Origin: Bacteroidota bacterium
GTDB lineage: Bacteria > Bacteroidota > Bacteroidia > AKYH767-A > 2013-40CM-41-45
Direction: 5' to 3'
Assembly (NCBI GenBank): GCA_016720655.1
Contig: JADKKE010000032.1
Location: forward strand, 182,383-246,382
DNA: 64,000 nucleotides
The notes beneath the pieces are model-generated. The model did not search any database and had not been told where the DNA came from. It worked only from the letters and a program-made list of their open reading frames with translations. Of this stretch, positions 51,547 through 62,034 are shown piece after piece (position 1 is the first letter of the stretch; the number at the start of each line of letters is the position of its first letter). The translations under genes and the position numbers were made by a program.

Positions 51547-53172
51547 GTGAATAAATTCAAACTCTGGCTTCCTCTTATTTTTGCAGCACTTTTGGCTGCC
51601 GGGATTTATGTTGGAATGCGACTCAATGAACCATTCAAAAACAATCGTTCATTTTTTTCTTTTCGTACCGGGCAATTCAACAAGCTCAACGACGTCATCA
51701 ATTACATCAACAATGAATATGTAGATACCGTGAATCAGAAAAAACTGGTGGAATCTACTATTGAAGATATGCTCCATCAACTGGATCCCCATTCGGCATA
51801 CATACCTTCCGATGAGCTTCAGGCTATGAACGAACCACTGGAAGGGAATTTTGATGGTATTGGTGTCGAATTTCATATTCAGGAAGATACAATCATGGTT
51901 GTTTCTGCTGTAACTGGAGGTCCATCGGAGCTCTTGGGTATTCAGGCGGGCGACCGGATTATCAAAGTAGACGATAAAAATGTAGCACATATTAATATCT
52001 CCAGTTCCCAGGTAATGCAGGCTTTACGCGGGCCCAGCGGAACCAAGGTGAAAGTCACAATATTCCGCAAAACGAATGGTCAGACGAGAGATTACCAGAT
52101 TGTTCGCGGTAAAATTCCGATTTACAGCGTTGATGTTGCATACATGCTTAATAAAGAGACCGGTTATATTAAAGTAAGTCATTTCGCAGAGAGGACCTAC
52201 GAAGAATACCTCGATGGTTTTATGAAGCTGAAAGAAAAGGGAATGAAAAATCTTGTTCTCGATCTGCGCGGAAACCCGGGTGGATATTTGAAAACAGCAA
52301 TTCAGATTGCTGATGAATTTCTTCCGGATAAAAAACTTGTTGTTTATACCCAGGGAAGGTCTCGTTCAAAGGAATCATTCTATGCCAGTGAAAGAGGCTT
52401 CTTTGAAACCGGAGCACTTGTTGTAATGGTGGATGAAGGCAGTGCTTCCGCAAGCGAAATTGTAGCGGGTGCACTCCAGGATTGGGATCGTGCAACAGTT
52501 GTTGGTCGAAGATCTTTCGGTAAAGGTTTGGTGCAGGAACAAAGTGAATTTCCCGATGGTTCAGCAATTCGCCTGACCATCGCCAGGTATTATACACCAA
52601 CCGGGCGTTGCATCCAGAAATCGTACGAAGGTGGGTATGAGAATTACGAAAATGAATTGTATGAACGATTGAAAAAAGGCGAGTTGTTGTCGTCCGACAG
52701 TATTCATTTTGCTGATTCACTAAAATTCAAAACTCCGGGAGGAAAAATTGTATACGGCGGCGGAGGAATTATGCCGGATGAATTCGTTGCGATGGATACT
52801 ACAGGGAGTTCTGTGTATTATGGAGATGTAAACAGCAGAGGACTAATCAATCAGTTTGCATACAACTACCTCGATAAAAACAGATCGGCATTCGAGAAAT
52901 TCAAAACCTTTGATGAATTCAACAGTCAGTTTACTACCAATGATCAGATCTTCGATCAGTTTTTGTCTTTTGCCGGAAAGAATGGTGTGCCCTTGGATGA
53001 TAAAGGAGCAAACATTTCCGGTGCAATTATTCGTGTTCAAATCAAAGCACTGATCGCAAGACAGATCTGGAAAAATGATGGATTCTATCCTGTGGTACAC
53101 ACACTTGATGTTGCATTGCGAAAAGCTTTGAACATGGTTGAGATGAAGCAGGTAGCCGTGAAAGGGAATTGA
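51547..53172 (+). CDS. Carboxyl-terminal processing protease (S41 family, Ctp)
   Basis: N-terminal anchor, PDZ (LGIQAGDRIIKVD), catalytic LVLDLRGNPGGYL Ser and downstream Lys (…RRSFGKGLVQE). Confidence 0.85.
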   Translation: MNKFKLWLPLIFAALLAAGIYVGMRLNEPFKNNRSFFSFRTGQFNKLNDVINYINNEYVDTVNQKKLVESTIEDMLHQLDPHSAYIPSDELQAMNEPLEGNFDGIGVEFHIQEDTIMVVSAVTGGPSELLGIQAGDRIIKVDDKNVAHINISSSQVMQALRGPSGTKVKVTIFRKTNGQTRDYQIVRGKIPIYSVDVAYMLNKETGYIKVSHFAERTYEEYLDGFMKLKEKGMKNLVLDLRGNPGGYLKTAIQIADEFLPDKKLVVYTQGRSRSKESFYASERGFFETGALVVMVDEGSASASEIVAGALQDWDRATVVGRRSFGKGLVQEQSEFPDGSAIRLTIARYYTPTGRCIQKSYEGGYENYENELYERLKKGELLSSDSIHFADSLKFKTPGGKIVYGGGGIMPDEFVAMDTTGSSVYYGDVNSRGLINQFAYNYLDKNRSAFEKFKTFDEFNSQFTTNDQIFDQFLSFAGKNGVPLDDKGANISGAIIRVQIKALIARQIWKNDGFYPVVHTLDVALRKALNMVEMKQVAVKGN

Positions 53173-53209
53173 TTTTTCTGAATGAATTCCGGTATGTAAA
53201 GGCATTTGG

Positions 53210-53938
53210 ATGAAGTTTGTTATTCCCTTCCTCTATCTCTTACTATTTTTTCGTGCTCTGCCACAAGGGCTGGCACAAACTCCTTTCCAGGTTCGAACAC
53301 CACAAGAGTATTTCATTGGTGGCGGATTGCTGGGGTTAAATTTTGGTGGCAATGCATTGTATCGTCACAAGCAAGGATTGTCGGAGGAAACAATTGCTTC
53401 CTTGAATCACAATTCAATAAACAAATTCGATCGCAGCGCCACACATCAGTATTCTGTTTCTGCAGCGCATTGGAGTGATCGCTTCCTCTTAACCTCTTTA
53501 TTTCTTCCTGCGGCATTGATGGCAGGAACAGAATTCCGGAAAGATTCTCTGGTGGTTCCTGTAATGGCAATTGAATCGATCCTCCTGACTGCTGCAGAAG
53601 TGCAACTGGTCAAAGGACTGGTAAAACGAATCCGGCCCTTTGCTTATAATTCACGTGCACCTTTGTCGGCAAAAAAAGAAGCGGACGCGACGGCATCTTT
53701 TTTCTCAGGACATACTGCATTGACAGCAACAACTGCCATGTTTACCGCAGCAGTTTACACGCAAACTCACCCAAACCGCACGCGTGATCCCTGGATTTGG
53801 GCAGGAGCTGCGGCATTGCCTCTGACTACGGGATATTTGCGGTATCGTGCAGGAAAGCACTTTCCCAGCGACATCCTGGCCGGACTGATCATCGGTAGTT
53901 TGAATGGTCTGCTCATTCCATACATCCATAAACGATAA
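53210..53938 (+). CDS. PAP2-superfamily phosphatase
   Basis: KRIRPF (KxxxxxxRP), FSGH (PSGH-like) and RYRAGKHFPSD (SRxxxxxHxxxD-like) motifs. Membrane protein. Confidence 0.75.
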   Translation: MKFVIPFLYLLLFFRALPQGLAQTPFQVRTPQEYFIGGGLLGLNFGGNALYRHKQGLSEETIASLNHNSINKFDRSATHQYSVSAAHWSDRFLLTSLFLPAALMAGTEFRKDSLVVPVMAIESILLTAAEVQLVKGLVKRIRPFAYNSRAPLSAKKEADATASFFSGHTALTATTAMFTAAVYTQTHPNRTRDPWIWAGAAALPLTTGYLRYRAGKHFPSDILAGLIIGSLNGLLIPYIHKR

Positions 53939-53963
53939 AATTTTTATCCGGTCGAATGGAAAT

Positions 53964-53990
53964 TTGTGACTGAATAAAACCCTAACTTTG
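53964..53990 (+). promoter_or_regulatory. Candidate Bacteroidetes sigma-A promoter for the SOD gene (TTG 17 nt from a TAACTTTG -7 box)
   Basis: ttgtgactgaataaaaccctaactttg ends about 30 nt upstream of ATG 54020. The -7 consensus is TAnnTTTG. Confidence 0.3.
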
Positions 53991-54019
53991 CTTTTGTTTA
54001 ATTTTAAAATCTATAGACC

Positions 54020-54631
54020 ATGTCATTTGAACTCCCAAAACTCAGCTATGCATACGATGCTCTTGAGCCACATATCGATGCACGCACGATGGAAATCCAT
54101 CACACCAAACATCACCAGGCATATGTCACAAATCTGAACAATGCAATTGCAGGCACTGATGCCGATAAATTGAGCATTGAAGAGATTTGTAAAAATATTT
54201 CCAAATACCCGATGCCGGTGCGTAACAATGGTGGCGGTCACTACAACCATAGTCTTTTCTGGACATTAATGAAAAAAGGCGGCGGTGGTACACCTTCAGG
54301 TGCTTTGGCCGATGCAATCAACACTGCCTTTGGAACTTTCGATGAACTCAAAACGAAATTCAATGCTGCCGGTGCTACACGATTTGGCAGCGGTTGGGCA
54401 TGGCTTACTGTTGGTTCTGATAAAAAACTTGTAATCAGTTCGACTCCGAATCAGGACAATCCACTCATGGATATCGTCGATGTGAAAGGTGCTCCGATTC
54501 TTGCTCTGGATGTCTGGGAACATGCTTATTACCTCAACTACCAAAACCGTCGCCCGGATTACATGACTGCCTGGTGGAATGTTGTCAATTGGGAGGAAGT
54601 GGCCCGCTTGTATTCAATCGCTTCGAAGTAA
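54020..54631 (+). CDS. sod: Fe/Mn superoxide dismutase
   Basis: [32 protein letters not shown] ... [18 protein letters not shown]: full set of metal ligands (H, H, D, H). Confidence 0.95.
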   Translation: MSFELPKLSYAYDALEPHIDARTMEIHHTKHHQAYVTNLNNAIAGTDADKLSIEEICKNISKYPMPVRNNGGGHYNHSLFWTLMKKGGGGTPSGALADAINTAFGTFDELKTKFNAAGATRFGSGWAWLTVGSDKKLVISSTPNQDNPLMDIVDVKGAPILALDVWEHAYYLNYQNRRPDYMTAWWNVVNWEEVARLYSIASK

Positions 54632-54648
54632 CCGAAAAGCAATATTGA

Positions 54649-54702
54649 CGCTTTAATCCGCCGGAAGAAATGATTTTTATCCGACGGATTAAAGCGTTTT
54701 TT
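54649..54702 (+). terminator. Rho-independent terminator downstream of the SOD gene
   Basis: cgctttaatccgccgg ... ccgacggattaaagcg (16-bp stem, 1 mismatch) followed by tttttt. Confidence 0.6.
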
Positions 54703-54743
54703 CTGAATTGCCAGAACACATTCCGCTTCGTATCTTGCCCCTC

Positions 54744-55523
54744 ATGGAAGCATCAGGAACGGAAAATATCAGCCTGCATCCGAATTTATATTACCTGCGA
54801 ACCTATAATTTCGCAGTGGTGATTCCTATGGCCAATGAAGAGCCTGATTTTTTCCCATTCGTTGAAGCACTTACGCAGGTTCTCGATTTTTTGCAATCCG
54901 GTAAAGTATATTTTGTCGTGGACAATGTGTCGAAGGACAAAACCAGAGATTTGTGTACTACTTTATCCAGTAATGATCCTCGTTTTGTAACTGTCTGGGC
55001 TCCTGAAAATAAAAATGTGGTTGACGCTTACATGCGTGGTTACCGGGAAGCTTTTCCACATCACGATTTCATCATTGAAATGGATGCGGGCTTATCCCAT
55101 GATCCCCGCGCTATTCCAATGTTTCTCCGGGTACTGAATGAAGGAAATGAGTGTGCTTTTGGTAGCCGTTTCATGAATGGTGGTTCGATCTGGCAATCTT
55201 CATTCAAACGGATATTTCTTTCGCGAATCGGTACTGTACTTTCAAATATTCTGCTTGGGTCACGACTGAAAGACATGACTTCAGGATTTCAGGGTTTTCA
55301 CAACACTGTGGTAAAGGAACTTCTGGATTATCATCTGTTATCCCAGGCACATTTTTATCAAACGGAAGTTCGCTATCTCCTGAGGAAAAAAAGGTACATC
55401 GAAGTTCCTATCCATTACCGGGCTCCTTCCCCAAGTGTTTCCGGCAAAGCGATTCGGAATTCGATTTCTGTTTTGCTTCATTATTTTATCCAACGCCTGA
55501 TCTTTCAGGCAAAATCTCTGTAG
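54744..55523 (+). CDS. Family 2 glycosyltransferase (dolichyl/polyprenyl-phosphate sugar synthase-like)
   Basis: FAVVIPMANEE at the N-terminus, a DxD-like (V)VDNVSKD motif, FGSRF and membrane-free GT-A features. The ORF call starts at TTG 54708; ATG 54744 is more likely. Confidence 0.6.
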   Translation: MEASGTENISLHPNLYYLRTYNFAVVIPMANEEPDFFPFVEALTQVLDFLQSGKVYFVVDNVSKDKTRDLCTTLSSNDPRFVTVWAPENKNVVDAYMRGYREAFPHHDFIIEMDAGLSHDPRAIPMFLRVLNEGNECAFGSRFMNGGSIWQSSFKRIFLSRIGTVLSNILLGSRLKDMTSGFQGFHNTVVKELLDYHLLSQAHFYQTEVRYLLRKKRYIEVPIHYRAPSPSVSGKAIRNSISVLLHYFIQRLIFQAKSL

Positions 55524-55529
55524 GTAATT

Positions 55530-56528
55530 ATGCAAACGGCTCTTGTCATTACATCCATTGCAGCATCGAATCATCCGGTTCTGAATTCATATGCTTCGCA
55601 TTGCAAAAAAGAAGGCATCCCTTTTTACATGATTGGTGACAAATCCTCACCGGCAGAATTTGAACTCGAAGGTTGTGATTATTACAGTCTGCAGCGCCAA
55701 AGAGAACTGGATCTTTCAATTGTGAAATCGCTTCCGGAAAAACATTATGGCCGGAAAAATATCGGATATCTTCTAGCCATCCGGAATGGTGCAGATCAAA
55801 TTCTGGAAACGGATGATGATAATTATGCGCATCCTGAATTTTGGTTGGAACGAAAAAGAAAAGTCGCTGCAAATCATATCAAAGAAAAAGGATGGGTAAA
55901 TGTTTATGAATACTATACAAAGGCCCGCATCTGGCCAAGAGGATTTGCACTCGAAAAATTGCAGGATCCCTTGCCTCCGCTGAACGATTTTCCAATTCAG
56001 GATTGCGATTGCCCAATCCAGCAGGGATTAGCAAATGAAAATCCGGATGTTGATGCGATTTACCGGCTGATTCTTCCTTTGCCTTTGGATTTTGAAGGGG
56101 ATTCGAAAATTGCCCTCGGAAATAATACCTGGTGTCCTTTTAACAGCCAGAATACTACATGGTTTAAAGACGCATTCCCATTAATGTATCTTCCTTCGTA
56201 TTGCAGTTTCCGGATGACTGACATCTGGAGAAGCTTTATTGCACAGCGAATCGCATGGGAAAACAACTGGAATATACTTTTTCATTCCGCAACTGTTTGG
56301 CAGGAAAGGAATATGCACAACCTGATGCGGGATTTTTCTGATGAAATATCAGGATACATGAATAACCTCAAAATCGCTCAAACCCTGGAAGGATTGGATC
56401 TTCGCTCAGGATTGAGTCATTTGGGAACGAATTTGCTCCGTTGTTATGAAGCCATGGTCAATCTGAACCTGGTGGATGCAAAGGAAATTCCATTGGTAGA
56501 AGCCTGGTTAAGGGATCAGGGCAAATAG
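55530..56528 (+). CDS. Hypothetical protein, possibly a glycosyltransferase-associated or DUF288-like enzyme
   Basis: ETDDDNY acidic (DxD-like) motif. It abuts the GT2 gene (6-bp gap), suggesting a shared operon. No confident family assignment. Confidence 0.3.
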   Translation: MQTALVITSIAASNHPVLNSYASHCKKEGIPFYMIGDKSSPAEFELEGCDYYSLQRQRELDLSIVKSLPEKHYGRKNIGYLLAIRNGADQILETDDDNYAHPEFWLERKRKVAANHIKEKGWVNVYEYYTKARIWPRGFALEKLQDPLPPLNDFPIQDCDCPIQQGLANENPDVDAIYRLILPLPLDFEGDSKIALGNNTWCPFNSQNTTWFKDAFPLMYLPSYCSFRMTDIWRSFIAQRIAWENNWNILFHSATVWQERNMHNLMRDFSDEISGYMNNLKIAQTLEGLDLRSGLSHLGTNLLRCYEAMVNLNLVDAKEIPLVEAWLRDQGK

Positions 56529-56753
56529 ATTTTCCCCTCTGTGATGGAAAGGAAATTTATTTTAAATTTTCCGGAACCAGATTTTTTTTTCTGCGTAAGG
56601 GATTGGATTTTCATTTTTCTTCGGAACCGGTTCGTGAAAACAATCCTTGAGATCAGCAACATATCATTTCTTGCTGCGTAAATACAAGCTCGAAGAATAA
56701 ACCTTGTGGAATTTACGGCTTTGCAAGGTTTCGGTCTTTAGAAATTTCTTCCT

Positions 56754-59330
56754 GTGATGGAAGGCAATAAATTGAAAGACTCTCCCGTTAAACAAAAGAT
56801 GTCATCCCGAATTAAAAACGCGGCCCTGTTTTTTCTAAAACTAACAGGAATTGTTTTGGGTGGATTCGTCTCCCTCGGACTGATCATTGGTTTTTTCTAT
56901 GGCGGTGAAATCAAACGCATGATGCTGGAACAACTCAATCAGCATCTTGCTACAGAAATTAAAGTAAAAGAATTTCACTTCTCAGTATTAAAACATTTTC
57001 CTTACGCTTCCTTCGATATGGAAGAAGTAATGGCCCAGGAAGTGTGCGACAAGAAAGAGAAAGACACTTTGTTGTACGCGAAAAATATTTCTTTCTTATT
57101 CAATATCATGGCAGTGTTTGACAAAAACATTGCAGTGAAGAAAGTACTTGTAAAAGACGGGTCTGTAAATATTCACATTGATAAGAACGGCAAGAACAAT
57201 TATCATTTCTGGAAAAGTACAGGCGATTCAACAGGGAGTTCTTCTTCTGTGGATGTGCAACAAATTACCCTGAAGAACATCCGGATTCGATATTTCAATG
57301 AACACGATTCTCAGGATTATCTTTTTGTATCAAAAGAATCTTCTTTGAATGGAAAATTTTCGGAAGATCAGTTTACCCTGAATACAGATGCAAATCTGTT
57401 CGTGAATCATTTTTATGTCAACAAGATAAATTATGTCATTGAAAAGCCGGTCATCATTCATTCAGGATTAGCTGTGGACACACGTACAGGGGCGTATAAT
57501 TTTGGGAAAAGCTCGGTTCGGATCGCAGAGTTTCTTTTCGATATTGAAGGTTCAGTTTTGAGTAGCAAAGAAAAGACTAATCTGAACCTCGCGATCACTT
57601 CTCATGAAGCCGACCTGGAAGCATTTATAAGCATGTTGCCTCCGGTATATGTGAAGTATTTCGATGCATACAAGAGCAAAGGAAAATTTGTATTCAAGTC
57701 AGGCATCCATGGCGATGTGAGTCACACCCGGAATCCGGAATTGGCTGTTGCCTTTTCAATTCGCGATGGATCAGTTGCGTCAAAAGACAATGATATTTCT
57801 TTGCAGCAATTAAATCTTACGGGGACTTACCTGAATCATTCCGTGAACGGAAAGGATGAATTGGTGATTCCATCACTCACTGCATTGCTCGGCGGTCATG
57901 CAATAAAAGCAGATTTGCGCCTTGCAGACTTGTCCAACCCATTTCTCACCTTGCACGCTGCTGCAGACCTTGATCTCTCGCAATTGCAGCATTTTATCAA
58001 AAAAGATACACTCGAATCCTTGTCAGGAGAAATGGGATTAAAGATTGCTTTCGCCGGGAAAGTGAAAGACCTGCCGAGTCTGAGTTCAGGACAACAATAC
58101 CAGGTAAAAGCTTCGGGGACTATTGACCTTAGAAACGTAGCATTTCAATTGAAAAGAAATCCCCTGGTCTTTAAAAACATCAATGGCAGTTTCACTCTGC
58201 AGGATAATGATATTGCAGTGAATACACTTACAGGCAATATCTCTTCCAGTGATCTTAAACTCAGTGGCAGGTTCAATAATTTTGTCAATTTTATCCTTAT
58301 TCCTAATCAGCCGGCATTGTTTAATGCGAAGCTCACAAGCACATTGCTCGATCTGGATGAGCTGATGGCGAACAAAGCAACGACCACAACAGGTGATACT
58401 TCTTATATTCTGAAGTTCAATCCACGGCTGGTCAGTGATCTTGATGTGTCTGTTGGAAACATTCGTTTCCGCCAATTCAGAGCCACACGAATGAATGGCA
58501 GCATTCATCTCGATCACCAGGTAATTACCGGCAAAGGATTGACCTTTGCCGCTATGGATGGAATGGTATACATGGATGCTACCATCAATGCTTCCAGGAA
58601 GGATAGTGTATTTATGAATTTCGATTCGAAGATTGCCAGGTTGGATGTCACCAAATTATTTATCCAAATGGAAAATTTTGGTCAATCAACAATGACCGAC
58701 CAAAATGTCAAAGGAGTGGTAAGTGCAGATGTGCAATTCAAATCAGCATGGTCAGTGGATTTGAATATCGATTCTCGCAAAGTAAGGTCTGTCTGTGACA
58801 TCACAATTGAAAATGGTGAGCTCCATAATTTCACTCCAATTCTCGCGCTTTCAAAATACCTGAAAGTTCCGGATCTCAACCACATCCGTTTCTCAACCCT
58901 GAAGAATCAGATCTCCATTTCCAACCAGGTTATTTCGATTCCAAGCATGGTAATCAACTCTTCCGCAATGAACATCACAGCTAGCGGAACACATAATTTC
59001 GATAACATCGTTGATTATCGTTTGCGTTTATTGCTGACAGATGTTCTGGGTAAGAAAGTACAATCCAATTCTGAGTTCGGAGAAATTGAAGACGATGGTC
59101 TTGGCAGGACTCAACTTTTGATAAGCATGAAAGGACCTGTTGACAATCCGCATTTTGGATATGACAAGAAAGGTGTCAAAGAGAAAATCAAGACAGATAT
59201 TGTTCAGGAAAAGAAAAACCTGAAAAAAATCCTGAAGGAAGAATTTGGTATGTTTAAGAAAGATACGAGCCGGGTAGAATCGAGAAAGAAGCGGGAGGAG
59301 CTGCAAATTGACTGGACCAGTAGCGAGTAA
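56754..59330 (+). CDS. AsmA-family protein (outer-membrane assembly / TamB-like)
   Basis: A single N-terminal TM anchor and then about 800 aa of beta-rich repetitive sequence with a charged C-terminal tail. This is the typical AsmA architecture. Confidence 0.6.
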   Translation: MMEGNKLKDSPVKQKMSSRIKNAALFFLKLTGIVLGGFVSLGLIIGFFYGGEIKRMMLEQLNQHLATEIKVKEFHFSVLKHFPYASFDMEEVMAQEVCDKKEKDTLLYAKNISFLFNIMAVFDKNIAVKKVLVKDGSVNIHIDKNGKNNYHFWKSTGDSTGSSSSVDVQQITLKNIRIRYFNEHDSQDYLFVSKESSLNGKFSEDQFTLNTDANLFVNHFYVNKINYVIEKPVIIHSGLAVDTRTGAYNFGKSSVRIAEFLFDIEGSVLSSKEKTNLNLAITSHEADLEAFISMLPPVYVKYFDAYKSKGKFVFKSGIHGDVSHTRNPELAVAFSIRDGSVASKDNDISLQQLNLTGTYLNHSVNGKDELVIPSLTALLGGHAIKADLRLADLSNPFLTLHAAADLDLSQLQHFIKKDTLESLSGEMGLKIAFAGKVKDLPSLSSGQQYQVKASGTIDLRNVAFQLKRNPLVFKNINGSFTLQDNDIAVNTLTGNISSSDLKLSGRFNNFVNFILIPNQPALFNAKLTSTLLDLDELMANKATTTTGDTSYILKFNPRLVSDLDVSVGNIRFRQFRATRMNGSIHLDHQVITGKGLTFAAMDGMVYMDATINASRKDSVFMNFDSKIARLDVTKLFIQMENFGQSTMTDQNVKGVVSADVQFKSAWSVDLNIDSRKVRSVCDITIENGELHNFTPILALSKYLKVPDLNHIRFSTLKNQISISNQVISIPSMVINSSAMNITASGTHNFDNIVDYRLRLLLTDVLGKKVQSNSEFGEIEDDGLGRTQLLISMKGPVDNPHFGYDKKGVKEKIKTDIVQEKKNLKKILKEEFGMFKKDTSRVESRKKREELQIDWTSSE

Positions 59331-59568
59331 GAAGTCTAAGCTGTCTATTTTGATCGAGAGCGAATTTTTAAATGGCTGATTTACATTTATTTACATAAAA
59401 ATAAATCCAGGAATGAGAATACGTCCGGCGGTAAAAAATTAATCGTCAGCTTTTTTAATTTAGTATTGATTCTCATTTCCCATTTCAAGGAAATCTTTCA
59501 TCTTTGTACTCATCTACGCAGGAAATTTCATCGAAATCCTGCGTTTTTCTTAAAACACGCAACCTGAC

Positions 59569-60717
59569 GTGAACATTTATACCCAAAAACAACGCTGGAA
59601 ACTACTGCTCTTGATTGCAGCATTGCTTATTGGGGCTGCCTCCCTCTGGTATACCAACAAACTCGTCAACAAGTTAGCCAACGAAGAACACAAGAAGATT
59701 GAACTCTGGGCGAAAGCAACCAAAAGACTGGCGGATGTTTCAGAAGTAAATACAGATATCAATTTTCTTTCGAGTGTCATCAGTAATAACAACACCATTC
59801 CTGTTATCTGGGCAGATGAAAATTTCAAAGTAATCTCGTATCGGAATCTGGATTCACTGCGTGCTCTTGATACACTTTTTCTGAAAAAGCAAGTCGTCAT
59901 CATGCGTGAACAACATGAGCCGATTGAAATAAAGATTGCACAAAATTTTAAGCAATACATTCTGTACAAAGACTCTGATTTGCTTATTCGTCTTCGGTAC
60001 TATCCCTATTTCCAACTCGCAGTAATCGCATTGTTTTTATTCGTCTCCTATCTTGCATTCAGTACGAGTCGAAAGGCTGAACAGAATCAGGTATGGGTGG
60101 GAATGGCCAAGGAGACCGCACACCAATTGGGAACTCCATTGTCATCATTACTTGCCTGGCTGGAATTATTGAAAATGAAAGGCACAAGTCCCGAGTATAC
60201 AAATGAAATTGAGAAAGATTTACAAAGGCTGCAGACAATTACCGATCGTTTTTCCAAGATAGGTGCTGCGCCTGCTCTTAAAAAAGAAGATGTGTATGAT
60301 GTACTTCGGCATTCCGTTGACTACATCCGCAACCGGACCTCTGATCAGGTGAGTTTTCACATAGACAAACCCAATCATGAGCTTTTTGCACCAATGAATG
60401 TTCCTTTGTTCGAATGGGTAATCGAGAATATCCTGAAAAATGCCTTGGATGCAATGAGCGGAGCCGGGAAGATCACGATTTTGATCACGGATCAACAGCA
60501 ATTTGTGTACATGGACATTAGCGATAACGGTAAAGGGATCCCCAAATCATCGTATAAAACCATCTTCAAACCGGGCTATACCACCAAAAGCCGGGGATGG
60601 GGACTTGGATTGTCATTGAGTAAAAGAATAATAGAAGACTACCACGACGGACAAATATTTGTAAAAAGCTCAGAAATGGGCAAAGGAACCACATTCCGCA
60701 TCGTACTGAAAAAATAA
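59569..60717 (+). CDS. Sensor histidine kinase (HisKA + HATPase_c), orphan
   Basis: H-box ETAHQLGTPLSS, N-box ENILKNALDAM, G1 DNGKGIP, G2 GWGLGLSLSKRI. Two N-terminal TM segments. No adjacent response regulator. Confidence 0.85.
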   Translation: MNIYTQKQRWKLLLLIAALLIGAASLWYTNKLVNKLANEEHKKIELWAKATKRLADVSEVNTDINFLSSVISNNNTIPVIWADENFKVISYRNLDSLRALDTLFLKKQVVIMREQHEPIEIKIAQNFKQYILYKDSDLLIRLRYYPYFQLAVIALFLFVSYLAFSTSRKAEQNQVWVGMAKETAHQLGTPLSSLLAWLELLKMKGTSPEYTNEIEKDLQRLQTITDRFSKIGAAPALKKEDVYDVLRHSVDYIRNRTSDQVSFHIDKPNHELFAPMNVPLFEWVIENILKNALDAMSGAGKITILITDQQQFVYMDISDNGKGIPKSSYKTIFKPGYTTKSRGWGLGLSLSKRIIEDYHDGQIFVKSSEMGKGTTFRIVLKK

Positions 60718-60864
60718 ACAGGCATCCCCGGCCTGTTTCACCATATTCAAATGTGGGAGCTCCCTCTGGTTCCCGAATGCGCTTTTCCCATTTATTCATC
60801 TGCGAAATGTGGGATAAATATTATCTTTATTGCTCAACAGTAAACCTGCGAGAAACTCTGCACC

Positions 60865-61989
60865 ATGCCCGGTCTCTATCTTCACATTCCCTTTTGCAAG
60901 CAAGCTTGTAATTATTGCGATTTTCATTTCTCGACAACCCACAATACCAAATCTGCTATGTTGGAAGCAATGCGGAAGGAAATTGGTTTAAGAAGTGATT
61001 ATCTCGGCACAAATCAACTGAACACAATTTATTTTGGTGGTGGCACACCATCACTTCTTACAGGAGATGAGTTAAAGGGAATATTCGAAACCATTCATAG
61101 AAATTTTTCTGTTGATCCGGATGCTGAAATTACACTGGAAGCAAATCCCGATGACATCACCGCTGAGCGTCTCGATGAATTCAGAATTGCCGGTATAAAC
61201 CGATTAAGCATTGGAATACAAAGTTTCTCTGATGAAGATCTCAAATACCTAAATCGTGTTCACTCGGCACAACAGGCAATTGATGCAGTGAAACTGGCAC
61301 AAGCGCATGGATTTAATAATATCAGTATTGATTTGATTTATGGGATCCCAACACTTTCCGAAGAGCAATGGGAACAGAATATGGAAACTGCATTCTCCTT
61401 GAATGTAAATCATCTTTCCTGCTATTCACTTACAGTGGAACCACGCACTGCTTTGGCCAAGCTCATCAAAGACAGAAAAGTAACTGAAGTGGACGATGAA
61501 ATGTCAGCCATTCATTTCGCAATGCTGATGGACCGCGCATCGTGGGCCGGATACGAACATTATGAGATTTCCAATTTTGCAAAACCCGGACATTACAGTC
61601 GGCACAACACTTCGTATTGGAATGGTGAACCGTATCTTGGAATAGGCCCTTCTGCACATTCTTATAATAAAGTAAGCAGACAATGGAATATCTCTAACAA
61701 TCCTCAATACATCCGTTCTATTGACGAAAGCATAGTTCCTTTTGAAAGAGAAGAGTTGACTGACACAGAAAAATTCAATGAGTATATTCTTACTTCACTT
61801 CGAACAATTTGGGGGATTAGTCTGAGAAAACTTTTTCTTGAGTTTGGTGAAAAATCTGCAATGGAATTTCAACGGAACATTATCCCTTTGCTGGATGATG
61901 AACAAATAGAATTGCAGGGAGAAAACCTGGTGTTGACACGGAGAGGAAAATTCTTTGCTGATCGGATTGCAGCAGACTTGTTTCAGTGA
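60865..61989 (+). CDS. hemW: Radical-SAM heme chaperone HemW (coproporphyrinogen-III-oxidase-like)
   Basis: CNYCDF (CxxxCxxC) at the N-terminus with LYLHIPFC. 374 aa with a HemN_C-like tail. Confidence 0.85.
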   Translation: MPGLYLHIPFCKQACNYCDFHFSTTHNTKSAMLEAMRKEIGLRSDYLGTNQLNTIYFGGGTPSLLTGDELKGIFETIHRNFSVDPDAEITLEANPDDITAERLDEFRIAGINRLSIGIQSFSDEDLKYLNRVHSAQQAIDAVKLAQAHGFNNISIDLIYGIPTLSEEQWEQNMETAFSLNVNHLSCYSLTVEPRTALAKLIKDRKVTEVDDEMSAIHFAMLMDRASWAGYEHYEISNFAKPGHYSRHNTSYWNGEPYLGIGPSAHSYNKVSRQWNISNNPQYIRSIDESIVPFEREELTDTEKFNEYILTSLRTIWGISLRKLFLEFGEKSAMEFQRNIIPLLDDEQIELQGENLVLTRRGKFFADRIAADLFQ

Positions 61990-62034
61990 TCGATTTCCGA
62001 CTCTCCGCGAATACGAAAAAACACTTTTTCCGGT

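Noticed and set aside
59514-59552. Hairpin cgcaggaaatttcatcgaaatcctgcgttttt just upstream of the histidine-kinase start
   Set aside because: The stem is imperfect and it overlaps the likely promoter or RBS region of the kinase. It could be a weak terminator for the AsmA-family gene, but the evidence is insufficient to call it.
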